Of a stretch of DNA of 64,000 nt, positions 13,290 to 25,259 are shown one piece after another. The notes under the pieces were generated by a model, which worked only from the letters and a program-made list of their open reading frames with translations, did not search any database and was not told the DNA's origin. Position 1 is the first letter of the stretch; every line of letters starts with the position of its first letter. Origin of the DNA: Octopus sinensis (lineage: Eukaryota). The DNA is taken from assembly GCF_006345805.1 (NCBI RefSeq), contig NC_043004.1, positions 35,836,001-35,900,000 of the forward strand. The letters run 5' to 3'. A program made the position numbers and the translations under genes.

Positions 13290-13700
13290 CCATCTTAAGA
13301 AGTACTGGACTGAATGTAGAGGCTATCATAAAGCTGGGAGTCAGGGAGGTGCTAAACAGGATTTGAGGAATGAGATGAAGAGAGAGAGATGAGCGAATGA
13401 AGAATTGGCCAACATAATAGCAATAAAAAAACCAGATGGGAGGAGGATGCATGTCTGTAAGTCATAGTGTAGGTCAGTATGTTACTAGTGACTTCATGCC
13501 ACCCGCCTGAGTGGCCATTTTTTGAATATGGTTGGAGATGTATACATGTTTAGCAGTATTGGCAGCATTCTACAGTGAATCTAACCAGAGATTTATTAGG
13601 TTTTAATGACTGTTGAGAAAGAAGTGTTTTATGGGTCTGAAGAGGAGGACGTCTGATGACAATGTTTGCCAGGAGAGATTTTCAGGGTGGATGAGGTCAA
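13290..13700 (-). mobile_element. Highly decayed CR1/L2-group LINE 3' fragment
   Basis: Minus-strand translations LVRFTVECC and FFYCYYVG resemble the LIRPxLEYC and LFYRYYxG motifs at the end of CR1/L2-group ORF2. Heavily mutated. Confidence 0.35.
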
Positions 13701-15689
13701 GCATTTGTTGCTTAATCATAGAACCATGTCTGATCAGTAATTTAAAATTTGAACATCAGAATTACTACACCTCATCATTATCAGTTTCTCATGACTATTT
13801 CTTTTGTCTCTTTTAACCTGTGTTACATACAGCCACCCTAAAGACATATTTCCAGTTAATTCACTCTTTCATAATATCTTCTGTAAGGGCTCAAATATTT
13901 GGATTTGATCTCATCTCTTCATTTCCTCAGTCTTTCTCTTCCATTGATACCCTTCACTTATAACACATGGTACATCTTAACTCAGTGCTCATTGTACAAA
14001 TGTACCACATGCCTACACTATCTTACATGTCTTTTTGACAATAATTCTTTTGAAATAGGTCAAAGGAGGAAGTGTTCATAACCTTCACAAAGCCCTCTCA
14101 GGTTGATGAAAGGGATGTAGCCACCACTCAACTGTTGTTATCATTGGGCCCTAATTTGCACTGATTCATCAGGCTTATGTAACAAAACTGAAAGATTTAA
14201 AGCACCAAACAAATGAGTGGAAGTGAGGAGACCATAGATAGGAAATCAAAGCATTTACTCCTAATTACAAGACCAAGTTTATAATATGAATTTTGACAAC
14301 TTAGAAGAATCTGGTTTTAGATTGATCACTTTGAACCTTAAATTGCAACAACAGATACCAAACTTAATTCGCTAATCAATTCAGGCACAAAGGAAACGAA
14401 GTTCTAGATTAGTGTCGCTTATTTTAAGTTGTGTCTGTATTATTGAAGATATGGAGAGAGATATTCAAATCAATACAAATAGGAAGCACACTCCAGGAAT
14501 AACGAAGAATTCTATGCCATTTACTTTTTTTTTTTCGTAAAAATGTATTCATATTTTCTTTTTAAATTTTGATATTTTCCTCAGTACAGGTTGAATAAAT
14601 TTTAGCAGAGATAGAGCTTGCCTGTTTTAAACTATTTTAGCATGAAAATGCTATCAGTGCACATTTTTACTGCTAAGTAGACATAGCAGAATAAGCCTTA
14701 TGTAAATAAATGTTGTGATACTTTAATTGTTCAAACTGCTGCATAGGGAGATTTCATTAAACATTTATACAACTTCAGATATTAAACTTATCTGGAAAAT
14801 CAGAACTGTCATTTCTAGGAAACAAAAATGACAAAAAAAAAGAGACTTAAGAAGGAAATTAAACAGATTTAATACTGATTTCAAAATTCCAGTCGTGTTC
14901 TATATAAATTGATATTTTAAAATATTTATTGATACGCTACAGACATCAAAGGAGTGGGAAAACATTTAAATGAAACATATTCCTATATTTTGATAATGTT
15001 GATAATGACGATGATGAAGATGGCAATGATGGTGATAAACAAGAAGCATAACGAGTGAGAGGAGATTTAAGTTAGATGCGAAAAATAAATTATTTAACTT
15101 CAAATATTACTATTTTGAATCAGAAAAGATAAAGTTTTTAATTTTACTTTGAAATCCAAAAATGACCACACCATTCTAATAGATATTGACAGAGTGTTCA
15201 TTAAATCTGTTATCAGTACTTTTCTTCTATTTTTTTTTTCTGCATAATTATGGCTTTCTGTTAATAGGAAAACTACACTGGAAACAAGAATGATATACTA
15301 GAATTATTTCTATGGAATTATTGTAAGAAATTTAATTAAAATGAACAATGAATCAGGATTAGATAATTTTAATTCTTGCATTTCTTCTTGGGTAATCAGT
15401 ATATAAAGACAAAAGATGGGTGTTGTTCTTGTTTTTGAATAAATCCTGAACGACAATGGAAACACTTTATTGTAAAAACACACATATACATACATATATA
15501 TATATATATATATATTATATAAATACTGCTAGATAAGGTCAGTTTATGGGATTACCCTGGATTTCATGTCCATAAAGAGCTAAGCTTTATGGTATATCAT
15601 CAAATTCTAAAACCTGTTGGCTTAAGGCTTCTCTAAAATATGGATGAAGAAAGGACATCACAACTCAATGTCAACCACTGAAGATTGTC

Positions 15690-16325
15690 TCCCTTCAGTT
15701 ACCAATTGCAAGTGACCCTGTTATCTTGTGGGTTCCAATATGCCATCAGGAGTTTTCTAAAATGCAAGCATGGTCTAGAGACCTCCATTCTAGAGCTATT
15801 AGGGTCGGCCAGCACCTTAGTTTCATAGACGACTCTCTTGGTTTCACAGTGGCCTCTCACTGGGCATCTGTTGTGGTCCCTGCTTGAGCATCCTGCCTCC
15901 ACTTGTGGTCTAGGGGTGCTAACTAGAATACTCTCAATATTGGGGGCACAGCTAAAAGAGACCCTAAGGTTGTGCTTGCTGAAAATGCTTGCATACCTAT
16001 GTGAATGTGTGAAATGTTTATCAACTTAAGGAATATCCTACATTCAGACACTTCTATGTTAAGAGAGAAGTGGTGGTGGTGGTGGGGGGGGGGGCTAACC
16101 AAATGATATTTATGTGACTCTTCCTTTTATGGATTTTGGGGCCCAGCATGTAGGAGATGCGGTCCCTAAATCCACTAGCAGCTAAGGCCTCATTATAGTA
16201 GGGGGCTGCTGCATCAAAAATCTCTTGGTTGGAGGAAAGGTTCACGATCCTCTTGCTAACACCCTTCACCAGGTTTTTGAACACAATGGGTGGGTGACAG
16301 GAGGCTGTGTTGATGTACGCTAACC
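15690..16325 (-). pseudogene. Penelope-like element remnant: RT thumb, linker and start of GIY-YIG
   Basis: YINTASCHPPIVFKNLVKGVSKRIVNLSSNQEIFDAAAPYYNEALAASGF...INIIWLAPP, then CPVRGHCETKRVVYETKV. Matches PLE motifs YINxxSNHPP, RNIIWFNPP and CPLxGxC...VVY. Confidence 0.8.
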
Positions 16326-16434
16326 TCTCATTTGGTTAGGGTAGGGCCTGTATGTACCAGAGCCTAAGACGAGTGACAAGTCTAAGACGTCCACAGTGAC
16401 GAGCTTAGTCTCAATAGTAATTTTCAGTTCCATG

Positions 16435-16786
16435 GAGATCTTTGATTCAACAGCTCCCTACTATAATGAGGCCTTAGCTGCTAGCACATTTAGGGACTGC
16501 ATCTCTTATATGCCGGGTTCCAACATCCATAGAAGGAAGCGTTGCAGAAATATCATATGGCTTGTCCCCCCCACTACGACGACGACGACCACGACGACGA
16601 CCACCACCACCACTACCAGTTCTCTCTTAACTTAGAAATGGCTATAGGTAGGATATTCCTTAAGTTAATAGATAAACATTTCACACATTCGCATAGGTAC
16701 ACATGCCTCAGGGTTTCTTTTAGCTGTGTCCCTAATATTAAGAGCATTCTAGTTATCACCCCTAGACCACGAGTGGAGGCAGGATG
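16435..16786 (+). pseudogene. Second, inverted copy of the same PLE segment
   Basis: EIFDSTAPYYNEALAAS...RKRCRNIIWLVPP and FSLNLEMAIGRIFLKLIDKHFTHSHRY...RVSFSCVPNIKSIL; homologous to the reverse complement of 15889-16224. Confidence 0.8.
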
Positions 16787-16844
16787 TATCAAGAGAAAAG
16801 TTAAGCATAAAAGGAATTAGATGCAGTGTGCAAGAGATTGATAG

Positions 16845-17053
16845 TGGTGTTGGTGCCACATTAAAAGCACTGGTTCTGGTGCTACATGTAAACCACTCAG
16901 TACACTCTGTAAAGTAACTGGTGTTAGGAGAAGCATCCAGCCATACAAATCATGCCAGAACAGACAGTGGAGCTTGGTGTGTCCCACCCCACTCTAGCCT
17001 TACCAGCTCCTGTTAAGCCGTCCAACGCATACTCGCATGATGATGATGATGAT
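16845..17053 (+). mobile_element. Diverged RTE-3'UTR/SINE-like repeat
   Basis: GTACACTCTGTAAAGTAACTGGTGTTAGGAGAAGCATCCAGCC...GCCGTCCAAC...ATGATGATG tail. Confidence 0.6.
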
Positions 17054-18554
17054 ATGCATACACAAAAACATATAGTGTTAGATTGTTCTTAATATTAAAA
17101 TATTTCCATTATTCACGAAGTGAAAGAAAATAATTCAAAATAAGAAAGATGCCAAATAAATACTTTTGAGATTCTCACAGTGGTGGCCGTAACCTGGGAA
17201 GATTTTGTATTTGTGAATTAAGTTCTTTAAATTGTGCCATCTTACAATCAACAAAGCAGATTAATAGTCAGCTTAAGAACTGAAGAAATTTAAGATTAAT
17301 TACAAGATATTTAAAAAAAAATAATCAGTTGGTTGGGATTTAGAATAATAAATTTCAGATTTTATTAAAACATGTCAAAATTTTTACCTCATAACATAAG
17401 AATAAAAGATATGAAAGAAAATTTAATCTGTGGATGATATTTTCTATCGTTGATTCTCTGAGAAGATGATTTTATATCTGACAATAACATTTCATTCAAT
17501 TGTTTGCTCCTTCAAGCAAAGATATTGCCTTTAATTTCATATAATTATTCATGGAAGCTGAAAGAATATAATTAGAACAGAAATGTTTTTAATGATACAG
17601 ATGAATAATTTTACATTTATAATCCACAAAGACACATTATAAGTGATAGAAGTGTATTCCCTTTTCTTCATCTTCATTAGGGACTTCAGTAAAAGAAGGT
17701 TTAGGCAAAATTGTGACAACTATTAATTTTTAATATGAAATGATTTTTTTTCTTCTTCTCTACAGGTAACATAACGACAAAATGTTGAGACAGTTTATTC
17801 TATTCTTAGTCTTTTTTCATGCAAACCCATTATTTTGTGCTGTTGCTTTTCAATTCATTTCCCCTAATTATGTATTTTGGTCCTGTTTTCCAAAATATAT
17901 TTCTTCAGTAATTAGTCTGTCTTGATTAGAAATTTATGACACATTTCTGAATCTACAGCACAACAAATAAAAGCCTTAAGACCTGAACAATTAAAATATA
18001 ATCAATAAAGGCAAAAAGAAAAAGAAAGTTTCTGGAATTTGTGATAGGTGGACAGAATAACCAAAGAATTTGGTCCTTGAAATGTGTTAAAACGTTTTGA
18101 GTGATGATTATTAAGAACACTTGAAATATCAATTATGTTCTCTTTGATAAACATGACCTTCAGAAGTAAACACAATTTGATAACTGCTGTACAATAAAAT
18201 ACGACTCAGTCAAAGAAATTACTAATGAGCAGATATGATCAAAAATACATACAAAAGGAAGAGCTCGATGAACAAACTGAAGTCAGTAGATACGGATCCA
18301 AGAGGCACCAAGTGCAAGCGTGTGATCACTTATTTAGAAGTGTAAGTGATCAAAGGGTAACAACGGATAGATAATAGCTGTACTGAAGTACACGTTTTTG
18401 TGAGTACGAAAAAGGTGAGAAATGCTGGGTTAAATCAGTAAGATTAAGAAGGAAAGATAATGCTTTCGCAGATGACTAAAAATAATTCTGACGATGGTGA
18501 GGATAATGATTGTAACAAGAAGACAACAAACATATTGATAGTATCGGCTTGTTG

Positions 18555-18735
18555 TGATGATGATGATGATGATGACGACAATGACGATGATGACGACGAT
18601 GACGACGACGACAACAACAACGACAACAATTACGATGATGATGATGATGATGACGATGACGACGATGCTGATGCTGATGATAATGATGATGATGATAATG
18701 ATGATAATGATGATGATGACGATGACAACAACGAT
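18555..18735. repeat. Compound (GAT/GAC/AAC)n trinucleotide repeat
   Basis: Directly visible; source of the poly-D, poly-M and poly-I ORFs in the track. Confidence 0.9.
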
Positions 18736-19794
18736 GCTGATAGGAAAAGGAATTTTAAAATTCTGCTTGATCTTTGTTTGTTTCAAAGCTGCAACTTTTG
18801 TGACTAAAGGGTTGTTTAAGGTCATCGTTATGTCATAAAGATATCACAAAGAGATAATAACCAGAATTGTCTTGGTGAAGAGAATTGCTCTCCAGGAAGA
18901 AAAGAAGGAAAACCATCATTAACCACAAAACATTTAAAGAGAAGAAGACAAAGAAACAAATCAACAGAAGAGAACGGAAACCAAGAGAATACAATAGATC
19001 TTTATTAGTTATTAGTGACATGTTTAAATATTTTTCTTCTTGGCTGTCATTCATAAATGTGTATGGCTTGGTAACAGGAAATAATTTTTTAGTGCCAAAT
19101 ACAACGAAGAAACTTCATCAATGATGTTTTAGTGCTTCATGTGAATGTAGACCAAAGGTACTGGCACATCCCTGGCCACAGATGTGGGAGAAAGTTTTTG
19201 GTAGATTTGCTATAATGAATCTTACTCTCGCTTTTCCGTTCAATTTTTTTTCTTGTTTCATCTATGTGGCAGTTATTCCTTCCTTCAGAGTTCTTCACCA
19301 TTGTTTGCTGTTTGCATACCATGTGTGTTTTTCCAGTTTCTATCTACCAAATTTTCCTGACAAGGAATTAGTGAACTTGTGGCAAAAGTAGAGGACACCA
19401 GACAATACCATCCACACTGTGGGAATGAACTCATCATCATGTGCTTCCAAAGTTTACTGCTTCACCATACAGTAAAAAAAACCCGCGTCCATGAATAGTT
19501 TCTCCTATAGCAATCATACTTGAGTTTTGTCAAATTGTAAATGCTCAACAAAGACCTCTGATAAGAATAAACAGTTTTGGCTATGTAAAGAATGAGATTA
19601 TGATATCATGAAAGTTTATTTTATTTTATAAATCCATTAATCCTATTAGGTCACTGAAGCACCACTAAAGAATCATTCTTTATGGAATAATTCAAGAGAA
19701 AAGAGGTCAGTGATTTCTCATTCCTTTCTCAGATGTCAATGCATGTTAATGAAATATTGGCTTCAAAATTTGGCAGAAGACCAACTATTTCAGG

Positions 19795-19965
19795 TGAGAA
19801 GTAAGTCAATTACATCAGCCCCAGTGATTAACTGGTACTTAGTATATCAACCTCGAAAGGATGAAAAGCAAATTTGACCTCAGCGGGATGTGAACTCAGA
19901 ATGCAAAGCTGGATGAAAAGCTGCAAAACATTTTGCTCAGCTTGCTAACAGTTCTGCTAGCTCAG
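19795..19965 (-). mobile_element. Decayed tRNA-derived SINE (same family as 8785-9012)
   Basis: AAGTCAATTACATC...ACTGGTACTT...GAAAGGATGAAA...GAACTCAGAA body. Confidence 0.65.
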
Positions 19966-21981
19966 CATCTTGCATTAATGATACAATAGCTAACATCAAA
20001 GTGCTGTCAAATTTGTAGTTTTTCAGTCTTTCACAGGAGAATAGATTAATACCTATGACCTTATTATAACCTTCTAGACTGATAATGCTGATAAGATTGA
20101 AGTTTATTTTGATTATCTGGAGGTTAGTAGCTGTAGGAAAACAAAATGATGTGTGTGGAGAGCATCTGAAAGGTTTTGGAATAGAATTATTTAGCAAAGT
20201 GTTTGGTAGCAGTATCTGAGTAGTGGGATGCAGTAAAGAGAAGATGGCCCCATAGATTCGGCCTGAGCACAAGAAATACTCTGCTCCCTTTCAGAGAAAT
20301 GAGTAACTATTGAGAGTGAACAAACTGAACTAATCAGGGTTGTGTGTGCCATGTCCCATGAACACACTGCAATGATGAGGAGTAGAATGTGAAGTTTCAA
20401 CCTCTTGGCTGATAATTGAATGCCTAGTCACTTTTATCGTTAGTATTTTCATTAAAAGTTACAGACAACTGGGAAACCTAGGATCTGTAAAGAATATAAT
20501 ATATTTTTGATGGGTACAGATCAAAGAGAAATACATACCAAGGGCGAGCAGCAAGGTGGATATGGAAGAGTACAAAGTAAGTTTTACTGTTGTTGTTGAT
20601 TTTGTTTGAAACAATTTTTGGTTTGGTTTCTGACTTAATCCTGGAACAGTGATCCATGAGCCTCAGGGACTAGCAGGAGAAAGAATGGATGTTATTCTCA
20701 GGCAGCTGATCTAACCTGAATACTTGCAACAGAGTAATCTCTGCTAAAGATACCCAAAAGGTAGGTAATGATGTTAAGTCAAACACTGGATTGCATCTAT
20801 GATCCAAGATTGGTCTTCCACATAGTTTCCAACAGCCAAATGTTATTCCAATGTTATTTGTCAAACTATGGCTAAGATGTCAGATAGTGGCATCAAACAG
20901 GAAACTACACAGTTCTGAAGAAAAGTTTACATTATTTTCCAAAACAGAAACCAAATTTTCTTTAGGAATATCAGAAACTGCTAATTCCCAAATGTTCTAT
21001 TTACACCCATTTTTACTGCTGTGAGATGAGAATTGCTTACTTTCAGTGCTGCAACATCCTTCCATCTGTGTCAGAGAACAATGGGAAAGTGTTAAACTAT
21101 TGCTTCATATACCTCTTCCTTCAATGTAATTTTAACTGGAATCTTGCAGAGTATTGTTATGAATGTCTTTGACATAGCTTCAGTCCTTTAAACCTGAAGC
21201 TGTTTCAACATCTAGTCCTAAATCAGTACAGAAAGAGCAGAAATTTTGACAATATATAGAGTGAGGACACTTTGTAGATTTGCATAGTTTTCAATGTCAA
21301 ATGTTTGAACCAACTATTCTGGGTATCCATTTTTTCATATCTCACCATTCTTCATTTCAGGAAGCAGAATCGTAAAGCTTTGAACCTCATAGAATAGTTT
21401 AGCTTCATAGAGAAGCAATCCTTTAGTTGAAGAGCTGTGGAATTGTCTTCAGTCCTGTAATAAAATTGATGCCGTAATTTGAACCGACATTCCAGATCCC
21501 CAACAAGTGTCTTCTGCAGGAATATGAATTTCCCTTCTCTTATACAAAGTCCTTTCAGAATTTATTTAATGGGTTAGCCACACATTATTGCCATGTTAGT
21601 ATTTGTGCATGAAATGATGCATTATAATTTCCAGGTAATACAAGTTCTGATATTGTGATATCTTCTTGCTCAGTGTCTTCAGCTGCAATGTGGCTTATAT
21701 TAGAAGTAGAATGGCTAAAGGAATATGATACTGGCCTAATGGATCATGTGTCTTCAATTCAAATCCATTGCATTTCACTTGATAGTGTATTTGGACAGTA
21801 TACTTAATATTTCGTACATTAGTTTTCCTAGCTGTCACAATCAGAATCTTATTGGGGCTAGACATGTATCATATTCGAGAGGAAGCTTATCACTCATTTC
21901 CTGTAAGTCATAAGCACTGGGCTTAAGAGACGTTTGCATAATTTCTGTGGTAAGTACACGCACTCACACTCACACACGCAT

Positions 21982-22019
<38 letters not shown>

Positions 22020-22359
22020 GTCTGAAATATTTGCTTCCTTGAAGATGAAAATTTCTTATAAAAAGACATAAAAAGACCATAATATCCATTTCCTCCATTC
22101 TTATAAATACAGGGTTTGGGGTGGGGTTGGGGGGGGGGTGTTCAAAAGAAATAATGTCCATGAAATTAATATTTCATCAGATTCTCTGAGGGACTGGTTT
22201 TGTTACCAAAAACATCATAATAATAAGGCTTCCCACTGACAAACAAGAGTTAAGGGCTGCAATTCTATATCCACAACGAGAGTTCAATTGATAAACCTTG
22301 TGATCATATCTTATTTCAGAGGGTCTCTTTCTCTTTCTCTCTCTCTCTCTCTTTCTTTT

Positions 22360-22390
<31 letters not shown>

Positions 22391-22825
22391 TGTCTGCTTC
22401 TCACCCTTTCTATTGGGCTACCTATTCGTTTCTGTCTACATGTGTGTGTGTACACGTGCCTGTCTATCAATATGTCTATCAATCTGTCTGTCTGTCTGTC
22501 TGTGTGTCTGAGTCTCCCAGGCTGCCTATCTGTCTGGTTCTTTGTCCTGATGGGTCTCAACCTACTTTAAACAATAATTTCCCCTAAGGTCCCATAAAAA
22601 TAGAATAAAGATATGCTTAGATTAATAGCTTAATGGTTCTGGAAGGTTTATTCATTATATTTTTTTTTGTATTTTTATTGTTTCTAACAATGTCCTTATG
22701 CAACAAAATCATGATTGTTTCACTGAAAATTAATGATCTATATAGACTGCTTTTATTACTCCCTAATATTTACAGAATTCATCTTTATATTATTCTCCCA
22801 TTTTATTGTCTTTTATTTATTAATT

Positions 22826-22878
<53 letters not shown>

Positions 22879-23688
22879 ACACACACACATCACATCACAT
22901 ACTCATCTACATACACAAATACATGTATATACGTACAAAAACCCTCCCTATACATGTGTGTTCATATATGCTTATGCGTATATAGTTATTTTTTTATGGG
23001 GGTGAAAAAAAAAAATGAAGAAATAGATTGAAAGAAAAATTTCAAGAGGTATTTGAGGTAAATTGAATGTTCTTGGAATTTTCCCAAACCATTAATTATA
23101 GAAATATTGCTTGAACTTGCTTGAGTTTAATACATTTTTTATGACCTCATTATGTTTAACAAGAGATGTTTCTCACAATGGGATGAACCATTTCAATAGA
23201 CAGAAAACTTTCACAGAATTTTCTTCCATTTCCCCTCTACTCAGTTTAAGAACAGGATATTCATTATATAAACTTTTTTTTTTTATATCTGTAGACTTTG
23301 GATTTCTTTCATATTATGAACTGTGAATTTTACGGTAGATTTTAAATCTATATTTCATATGCCAACTATCTTACCATTATTCTTGTGCTTATTATTCTTG
23401 AAGTGATAGGCTGGTGGAGTGGCAGACATAGTAGAGTGACAACTAAATTGCCTTACAGTGCTTTAGTTACATCTCTTTATATTATGAGTTCAATTTCTGC
23501 TTCAAATTAACTTTGCTATTCATTTTCCAGCTAACAATAATAATCCTTTACGGAGATGTACTTGCATAGCAAGTGATTTGATCTGAGATCGTGTGCTGGA
23601 ACGAAAACAATTGCAGCATGAAAGGTATTTATAAGCCATTTAAGAAACACACAAAAATCGTTAGATTTACTTCAACATTTAAATTGAA

Positions 23689-23739
23689 TTTACCAAAATA
23701 TTTTCGTCGCTTTGAGACTGCAACCTGATCACTGACAAA
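23689..23739 (-). ncRNA. Candidate minimal type I hammerhead ribozyme with G3:C8 core
   Basis: Minus strand reads TTTGTCA-GTGATCA-G-GTTGC-AGTCTCAAA-GCGAC-GAA-AATATT-T-TGGTAAA: 7-bp helix I (2 G.U), 5-bp helix II (1 G.U), palindromic helix III AAUAUU, cleavage triplet UUU. Confidence 0.65.
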
Positions 23740-23757
23740 ATTAATGCTGCACGAAGT

Positions 23758-23808
23758 TTTCTCTGTGAACAGGTCGCGGTCTCAAAGCGACGAAAATATT
23801 TTGACAAA
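23758..23808 (+). ncRNA. Second (inverted) copy of the G3:C8 hammerhead, helix I partly damaged
   Basis: TTTCTCT-GTGAACA-G-GTCGC-GGTCTCAAA-GCGAC-GAA-AATATT-T-TGACAAA; perfect helix II, two mismatches in helix I. Confidence 0.5.
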
Positions 23809-24214
23809 TTAAATTTAAATGTTGAAGTGAATCTAACGTTTTTTGTGTGTTTCTTAAATGGCTTATAAACACCTTCCACACTGCAATAATAATCCTTATC
23901 CTTGTTTTAACATCTACCTTTCCTGACAATAGTCAAATACGAGTATGCTGAGGGCAGAGTTTTCTATGACTGGAAGTCCATCCTGATGCCAACCAAACTC
24001 CCACTTGTTTCCAAGTAAGGTAATGATCTGCAAGTCTATCAAGCTTGGATATGTTTCCACGGAGAACCAGAAACAAATGGCAATGAATGAATGAACTATT
24101 TATTTACAAGATACCCAGATATCCAGTTGCTGCAGACGGCAGGTAAATGATGCACCATCAGGAAGCCACTGTCTACAGCCAACAAGAGAACATGTGAAGA
24201 CAAGGGAAATACAA

Positions 24215-24245
<31 letters not shown>

Positions 24246-24394
24246 AACATACACATATACATAGAACAAGATACTTTCAATTTCCATCTACCAAATTCAC
24301 TCACAAGGTTTTGGTCCGACTGGAGCTATAGCAGACTTGGGGTTAACATAAATAAAATCAAGTACGAAAGAAACAGCAGAACCATGGAACAAAT

Positions 24395-24585
24395 ATAGTT
24401 CTGTATTTAAGAGATGAGGAAATATGTACATTATTTACATTATTTACATTTGACTGATATTTGTCCTCATCTTGTTTGTTGTTAACACAGCATTTCGGCT
24501 GATATAACCTCCAGCCTTCATCAAGTGTCTTGGGGAAATTTCGAACTTGGGTTCTCATATCTAAGATATTTTTTGATGATGTTGC

Positions 24586-24637
<52 letters not shown>

Positions 24638-24683
24638 GTTATTATTATTATTATTATTACTATTACTATTATTATTATTATTT

Positions 24684-24714
<31 letters not shown>

Positions 24715-24758
24715 TACTATTATTATTATTATTTTTATTATTATTATTATTATTATTA

Positions 24759-24808
<50 letters not shown>

Positions 24809-24904
24809 TCACTGCTTGGAATCAAACTCGGAATCTTGAGGTTAGTAGCCCGTGCTCTTAACCACTACACCATATGCTCGCGGGCAAATAATGTAAATAA
24901 TGTA
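24395..24904 (-). mobile_element. tRNA-headed, (AAT)n-containing element with hammerhead-like tail and 12-bp TSD
   Basis: TSD CATGGAACAAAT at 24383-24394 and 24905-24916. tRNA-like head 24803-24876 with A-box TGGTGTAGTGG and B-box-like GAGTTTGATTCC. (AAT)n at ~24589-24803. Hammerhead-like motif at 24484-24529. Confidence 0.8.
24484..24529 (-). ncRNA. Degenerate hammerhead ribozyme motif
   Basis: GACAC-TTGATGA-A-GGCTG-GAGGTTATAT-CAGCC-GAA-ATGC-T-GTGTT: helices I and II pair, but C3 is U and helix III reads ATGC rather than palindromic ACGT, so this copy is probably inactive. Confidence 0.5.
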
Positions 24905-25217
24905 CATGGAACAAATGTCATGTGGCATTTGATTACATTTAGATTTCAAATTCCTGTGGAGTGAACTTTATTCAATAATGAACTTATTGTGTGCAGTTCT
25001 CAAGTGCATTACAACTCATCAACAAAAGTAACCAAAACTGCATGAACAGGACATAGAATATGCACCAGGGGTCAACAGTGAGAAAGTCTTTAATATACTT
25101 CTCATGATATTTACTCACTGTTCTCAGGGCTCTAACAATTATTGGTACTACTACCACCTTTTTCAGCGACCACAACTGCTTAACCTCCCAAACTAACCTG
25201 TTATATCTATTAAATAC

Positions 25218-25259
<42 letters not shown>

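Larger units (their letters stand above)
23549..23883 (-). mobile_element. Non-autonomous PLE-like element with asymmetric inverted repeat and 14-bp TSD
   Basis: Direct repeat CAATAATAATCCTT at 23535-23548 and 23884-23897; inverted arms span 23610-23887; unpaired extension 23549-23609; hammerhead motif in each arm. Confidence 0.8.

Noticed and set aside
16335-16346. TTAGGGTAGGG next to the PLE fragment
   Set aside because: One and a partial telomere-like unit is not significant.
18460-18807. Poly-Asp ORF and other low-complexity ORFs (7104-7415, 24358-24825, 42984-43538, 49388-49753)
   Set aside because: Translations of microsatellites that happen to lack stops.
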